A stretch of 64,000 nucleotides of DNA from a virus: IMG/VR virus record IMGVR_UViG_3300028859_000011, positions 1 to 64,000 of that record; one strand, written 5' to 3'. The notes under the pieces were generated by a model. The model made no database searches and was not told the origin of the DNA. It was given only the letters and a program-made list of their open reading frames with translations. Position 1 is the stretch's first letter. Each line of letters starts with the position of its first letter. Positions 59,761-64,000 of this stretch are shown piece by piece. Both the position numbers and the translations under genes were made by a program.

Positions 59761-60097
59761 TAGTTCTTTGATGTCATGATAAAATGGTTGTTAGTTAAAA
59801 ACTTAACTAACGTAAAATCATAAAAGTAATAAGTTTGATTAAAAATCAAACTGAAACTTTTAATCTTTATACATATCAATAATATTGATTACAGTAAACA
59901 TAAAACGATTAATACACTTTTAAATACATCTTAACAACGGACTATAATAAGTCTTAAAAATGGTTGTTCGTTATGTAGTTTAAATAATTAAAAGCGACTA
60001 CGATTTCTTTAAACTATAGAGAATAGTGTGTTCGGATAAAGAATTTCATCAAACGAAATTCAAACGTCACAGCAAGTACAAATTTGTATAAGTTTAA
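59761..60097 (+). ncRNA. Candidate ~340 nt structured non-coding RNA
   Basis: ORF-free; at least seven short stems; AAACTTT-type promoter motif at 59718; boxA-like AGTTCTTTGA at its 5' end. Confidence 0.5.
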
Positions 60098-60415
60098 GTT
60101 GACGGTACTGGATTATATTTTCCATTATATAAAGCAGATATAGATAGTTCTAAAACAGAAGATAATAATAACTATTACTTTTGCGATATTGATGCTGTTA
60201 TAGATGAAATGAATGAATATGAAAAAGATTTAAATGATTTAAAATCTAAATTTAATAAATTATTTGATACTATAATTGATATAAAAAATAAATAATTTGA
60301 TTTGATGTATATTTTTTGTTCAATTAAATATGATGTTCATTGTCAATGAAGTTAATATTATTTTGAACAAAATATTTTTTATATCAAGATATTATTGTAT
60401 ATTTGCAAAAAAATT

Positions 60416-60616
60416 ATGAAAGATAAAAAATCAGAAGATATATATTCTAATTGGGTTAAAGATTCAGGAATAAAAGATTTGACTGGTAATCAATCAAATT
60501 TTGTTAAAATGATTATTTTAAATAGAAAATATATTTGTGAAATAGGAAGCTTTAATAAAATATTTATTAGCATTTATAAATATTTGAAGAATAATCGTGA
60601 AAAATTAGAAGATTGA
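60416..60616 (+). CDS. Hypothetical protein
   Basis: First ATG after the TATATTTG box at 60398. Confidence 0.5.
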   Translation: MKDKKSEDIYSNWVKDSGIKDLTGNQSNFVKMIILNRKYICEIGSFNKIFISIYKYLKNNREKLED

Positions 60617-60619
60617 AAT

Positions 60620-60871
60620 ATGAAATCTAAAAATTATAAAATAGGTGAAAAAATAGTTTGTATAGATAATTTCACATTATATTCACCAGATACAAAATTA
60701 AGTAATATAAAATTATTAGAAATAGGTAAAGTGTATACTGTTAGTAGTGGTTATTACACTAATGAAGAATTGGGACTTAATGAAATATCTCACCATTTAT
60801 TCAATAATAATAGATTTATAAAAATTTCAGAATTAAGAAAATATAAATTAGAAAAATTAAATGAAATATAA
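60620..60871 (+). CDS. SH3-like paralogue with Family B tag
   Basis: IGEKIVCIDN...LEIGKVYTV...LRKYKLEKL. Confidence 0.7.
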   Translation: MKSKNYKIGEKIVCIDNFTLYSPDTKLSNIKLLEIGKVYTVSSGYYTNEELGLNEISHHLFNNNRFIKISELRKYKLEKLNEI

Positions 60872-61124
60872 AGACTATAAATATGGTACTAAAATGATTT
60901 GCATTGATAATTATTCACGATATTCTAGTATAGAATTAGGCGGTTCTATCTCATTATTAAAAATGGGAGAAACCTATACTTTTAATTCTATTAATAGTTA
61001 TGGTGAAATTAATTTTAAGGAATTTCCTAATGCACTTTTTAGAAAACAAAGATTTATAGAATATTCAAAATTTAGAAAATATAAATTAGAAAAGTTAAAT
61101 AATATTAAAAATCCATCTGTTTAA
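60861..61124 (+). CDS. SH3-like paralogue with Family B tag
   Basis: GTKMICIDN...MGETYTF...FRKYKLEKL. Confidence 0.7.
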   Translation: MKYKDYKYGTKMICIDNYSRYSSIELGGSISLLKMGETYTFNSINSYGEINFKEFPNALFRKQRFIEYSKFRKYKLEKLNNIKNPSV

Positions 61125-61138
61125 GATGGATTTTTATT

Positions 61139-61150
61139 TTTATATATACC
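61139..61150 (+). promoter_or_regulatory. Putative late promoter motif (T/A)(T/A)ATATATA, representative copy
   Basis: Also near 6346(-), 7726(-), 9923(-), 12351(-), 12441, 17951, 24761(-), 35511, 38021, 45061(-), 50378(-), 51640(-), 51653 and 53618(-), each a short distance before structural or Family A genes. Confidence 0.6.
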
Positions 61151-61172
61151 AATAAATAAAAATTTATTTATA

Positions 61173-61487
61173 ATGAAAATATATAGTTTTGATGAATATT
61201 ATCACATGAAATTACAAGCAGATATTTATTATACTAATATGATGAAAGTTTTTTATGATTATATAACTACTAATGATGAGTTTATAAAAAAACATGGTCC
61301 TATTTCTATAACAAGAGTTGAAGATATATCAAAAAATAATTTTAGATCAGGAGGATATATTATAAATTATAGAGCTAAAGATTATTCCGTTAGAAAAATT
61401 AATATAACTGATGAAGAATATAATGATATGATTAAATATATGAAAGATCCAGAATTATATGACTCAGTAAAAAAATTTAATTTATAA
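61173..61487 (+). CDS. Family A tagged protein
   Basis: MKIYSFDEY ... VKKFNL; late-type motif upstream. Confidence 0.7.
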   Translation: MKIYSFDEYYHMKLQADIYYTNMMKVFYDYITTNDEFIKKHGPISITRVEDISKNNFRSGGYIINYRAKDYSVRKINITDEEYNDMIKYMKDPELYDSVKKFNL

Positions 61488-62257
61488 TGAGTAAAAAAGT
61501 TAAAGATTGGAATGCATTTATTTTAGAACAACAAAATATAGAAAATTCAAAATATTCAATATTTGATATTGATGATAATTTACTTATTATGAATACGCCT
61601 TTACATTTTCAACATTTTGAAAATGGTAAATGGACAAATAAAGATGTCTCAATTCAAGATTTTTCTAAAATACGTTCTAAATATCCGACAAACTATATTG
61701 ACAACAATGAATGGAAAGCAGATACTAAATATACATTTTCTGAATTTAGTGATAATGGGACAAGAGTAGATAACGCACTTGTCTATGATATTAAAAAAGC
61801 AATAAATAATAAAAATTTTGGACCATCATGGGAATCATTTTTAACAACTCTAAAAGAAGGTAGATTATTCTCTATTATAACAACAAGAGGACATGAACCT
61901 AATACAATTCGTTCAGCAGTTAAATATATAATAGATAGTGTATTAGATGAGAATTATAAAAATATTATGCTTACAAATATTCAAAAATATAATCAACTAT
62001 TCAAATTTGAATCAACTGATCAAATAGAAAATTATTTAGATTGCTGCTATTTTATTGGATTAATGTCTCAAGCATTTAAAGATGAATTTTATTTTACTCC
62101 AACAATGAAAACAAAAAATCAAGCTATACAAGATTCTACTAACAAATTTTCAAATTACGTTAAAGAAATTTCACCTGGTGCAATAGATAAATTTATGAGT
62201 TTGGAAAAATCATTAGATTTTCCAGAATTTTTTATGATATCTAATTCTAAAAGTTAA
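61487..62257 (+). CDS. HAD-like protein
   Basis: YSIFDIDDNLL and FSIITTRGH motifs. Confidence 0.6.
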   Translation: MSKKVKDWNAFILEQQNIENSKYSIFDIDDNLLIMNTPLHFQHFENGKWTNKDVSIQDFSKIRSKYPTNYIDNNEWKADTKYTFSEFSDNGTRVDNALVYDIKKAINNKNFGPSWESFLTTLKEGRLFSIITTRGHEPNTIRSAVKYIIDSVLDENYKNIMLTNIQKYNQLFKFESTDQIENYLDCCYFIGLMSQAFKDEFYFTPTMKTKNQAIQDSTNKFSNYVKEISPGAIDKFMSLEKSLDFPEFFMISNSKS

Positions 62258-62273
62258 AAAATAATATTTTCAT

Positions 62274-62314
62274 AAAAAATATCTTGAATAATTTTTTTAT
62301 TCAAGATATTTTTT
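62274..62314. terminator. Long perfect hairpin abutting the ligase promoter
   Basis: 18 bp arms AAAAAATATCTTGAATAA / TTATTCAAGATATTTTTT; TATCTTTG follows at 62316. Confidence 0.75.
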
Positions 62315-62354
62315 TTATCTTTGTATTCTATAAACAACATAAAAATATAAAAAT

Positions 62355-64000
62355 ATGACTTTATCAGAAATTTATAAATTGTTAGATAATAACAAATTTA
62401 ACGAAGCTTCAATCGAAGTTAAAAAACTAAATCAGAAATATCGTAATGGAGAACCTGAAATAACTGATCCTGAATATGATAAGTTGATTTTAACATTTCA
62501 AAAATTAAATCCAGATAATGAAATATTTGAATCTGGCGTTATTGAAGATAGTGAAGATGTAAATCCAGATAGAAAAGAATCTTTGAAATATCCAATGTAT
62601 TCATTGGATAAATACCATACAATTGAAGAAATTCATAAATGGTTAAAAAATAAAGGACTACCTTTAGAAACAGAATTAGTCTGTACATCAAAATATGATG
62701 GAATGTCAATCCTTAAAGATGAATATAACCAACTTGCTTGGTCAAGAGGTGACGGTATAACTGGGGAATCAATGCACTTGCATTACACTAAGCTTAGAGA
62801 TAAAGGAGAACGAATTAATTTGTTCACTATTGGAGAAATGATTTTTCCAAAACCAGTTTTTAATAGTCATACCTTTTATAGAGACAACGGAGAACCATTT
62901 AAAAATGCTCGTAATATGATCGCAGGACTTAAAAATTCTGATACACCATCAGAAGATTTAAAATTTGCTAAACATATTCGTTATGGATATGCAAGTGAAG
63001 ATTTCACTCAAGATAAATCTGAACAATTAAAATTTATTAATGAAAATTTTTCTGATGTACCATATAAAATATTTAAAGCAAAAGATTTGGACTTTGATGA
63101 GTTGAATGAAATATTTATTGAATGGGGTAAAGAGTATGATATTGATGGACTTGTTTTTGATATTAATGATAAAGATATCAGAAAGAAACTTGGAAGAGAA
63201 ACTAATAATAATCCTGCATATGCAAGAGCATATAAAAATCCTCAATGGTCTGAAACCGCTGAAACAACAATTCTTGAAATTGTTAAAGAAGTCTCTAAGC
63301 AATCCTATCTGAAACCAGTTGCTCTCATAACTCCTGTGTTATTGGATGGCGCTCTTATATCTAGAGTGACATTAAATAACTATAAGTTTGTAAAAGATAA
63401 TGGCTTGGGTATCAATAGTTTAATAGAAATTACACGCAGCGGGGGTGTCATTCCTAAGTTGATTAGAGTGTTAAAATCAACTGGATTTGAAATGCCAACC
63501 TTTGGATCATCAAAAGTATTTTGGAATGAAACAGGTGTAGAATTAATGGTTGAAGGAACTGAAGAACAAGAGATAAAAAAACTCATTTCATTCTTTGAAA
63601 TTCTTGGTGCTGAAAATGTATCAGAAGGTATAATTAATCAATTATATAATGCTGGGTATAAAACTGTTAAACAAATACTAGAATTATCAAAAGAAGATTT
63701 AGAATCATTAGACCGCTTTGGAGATCGGAAATCATCTATAGTTTTTCAATCCATACATAAAGCAGTTACAAATGTTAAATTATCAAAATTGATGCACGCT
63801 TCAAATTTCTTTAAGAATCTTGGTAGTAAAAAGATTGAATTGCTGATGCATCTTGATTATAAACCATCACTTGATGAAATTTTAGCAATCAAAGGATTCT
63901 CAGATAAATCAGCACATGCATATCTTGATGCTTATGATACTTTTTATGAATGGCTTCAAGACAAACCTCAAATAACAATTGAAACAAAACAATTAAAAAA
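62355..64000 (+). CDS. ligA: NAD-dependent DNA ligase (runs off the window end)
   Basis: YRNGEPEITDPEYD, MYSLDK, KYDGMS adenylation motif, SRGDG, ARNMIAG, IDGLV, ISRVTLNN, ITRSGGVIPK; absent from the track because it has no stop in the window. Confidence 0.95.
   Translation, partial: MTLSEIYKLLDNNKFNEASIEVKKLNQKYRNGEPEITDPEYDKLILTFQKLNPDNEIFESGVIEDSEDVNPDRKESLKYPMYSLDKYHTIEEIHKWLKNKGLPLETELVCTSKYDGMSILKDEYNQLAWSRGDGITGESMHLHYTKLRDKGERINLFTIGEMIFPKPVFNSHTFYRDNGEPFKNARNMIAGLKNSDTPSEDLKFAKHIRYGYASEDFTQDKSEQLKFINENFSDVPYKIFKAKDLDFDELNEIFIEWGKEYDIDGLVFDINDKDIRKKLGRETNNNPAYARAYKNPQWSETAETTILEIVKEVSKQSYLKPVALITPVLLDGALISRVTLNNYKFVKDNGLGINSLIEITRSGGVIPKLIRVLKSTGFEMPTFGSSKVFWNETGVELMVEGTEEQEIKKLISFFEILGAENVSEGIINQLYNAGYKTVKQILELSKEDLESLDRFGDRKSSIVFQSIHKAVTNVKLSKLMHASNFFKNLGSKKIELLMHLDYKPSLDEILAIKGFSDKSAHAYLDAYDTFYEWLQDKPQITIETKQLK

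Larger units (their letters stand above)
59491..60295 (+). pseudogene. Split paralogue of 35141-35446 (A7 frameshift plus 470 bp insertion)
   Basis: MKKWTDLLVGDPIY... then a frameshift at A7 (59548-59554) to ...IYYYV; resumes VDGTGLYFP...IDIKNK at 60098-60295. Confidence 0.45.

Noticed and set aside
59761-60150. Group I or group II intron identity for the 59.8-60.1 kb element
   Set aside because: GACTA is present but there is no convincing P7 partner or P/Q elements, and no GTGCG start or domain V.
60314-60372. Imperfect hairpin upstream of the 60398 promoter as an IS end
   Set aside because: No matching partner end or transposase; equally explained as a terminator.
36341-63586. Shadow ORFs in the track at 36341, 46539, 51726, 53913, 63027, 63106 and 63380
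   Set aside because: Same reason; the last three overlap the ligase gene that the track missed.
1-64000. Genome-wide stop-codon reassignment (TAG or TGA)
   Set aside because: Long conserved genes are intact in the standard code, TGA ends many genes at ATGA overlaps, and only one suspicious in-frame TGA was seen.
1-64000. tRNA, rRNA, tmRNA, CRISPR array, diversity-generating retroelement
   Set aside because: No cloverleaf or T-loop motifs, no regularly spaced repeats with unique spacers, and no reverse transcriptase or template/variable repeat pair seen.

Overview
A very AT-rich, gene-dense 64 kb segment that reads as part of a large (jumbo/huge) T4-like myophage genome, not a cellular chromosome. 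I saw no rRNA, tRNA or CRISPR array. The host is most likely Bacteroidota: nine TAnnTTTG (-7) promoter boxes sit just upstream of genes, Shine-Dalgarno sequences are essentially absent, and ClpS and DUF1599 look Bacteroidota-like. Recognisable genes cover virion parts (chaperone-tipped fibre, baseplate-like, tail-tube-like and Ig-repeat proteins) and DNA metabolism (fused SbcD-SbcC, RuvC-like resolvase, thymidine kinase, NAD-dependent ligase, two homing endonucleases). They also cover proteostasis (DnaJ, ClpS, ClpC, a UVR-motif protein) and expression takeover (bS21, bS1-like, bL12-CTD-like, NusG, and a deformylase lacking its catalytic Glu). The most striking unexplained pattern is two mutually exclusive terminal peptide tags on dozens of otherwise unrelated small proteins. 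Family A (N-terminal MK[YH][LI]KxFE, often C-terminal K[FY]N[IL]) sits behind a TATATATA late-type motif and resembles T4 capsid-targeting leaders. Family B (C-terminal RxxKLxx[LI]) sits mostly behind early/middle-type motifs and includes apparent degenerate fragments of capsid and tail-tube proteins. Other candidates: two structured ncRNAs, a 470 bp insertion splitting a gene, a leader-peptide attenuator and a replication origin. All family assignments come from motif recognition by eye; no searches were run.
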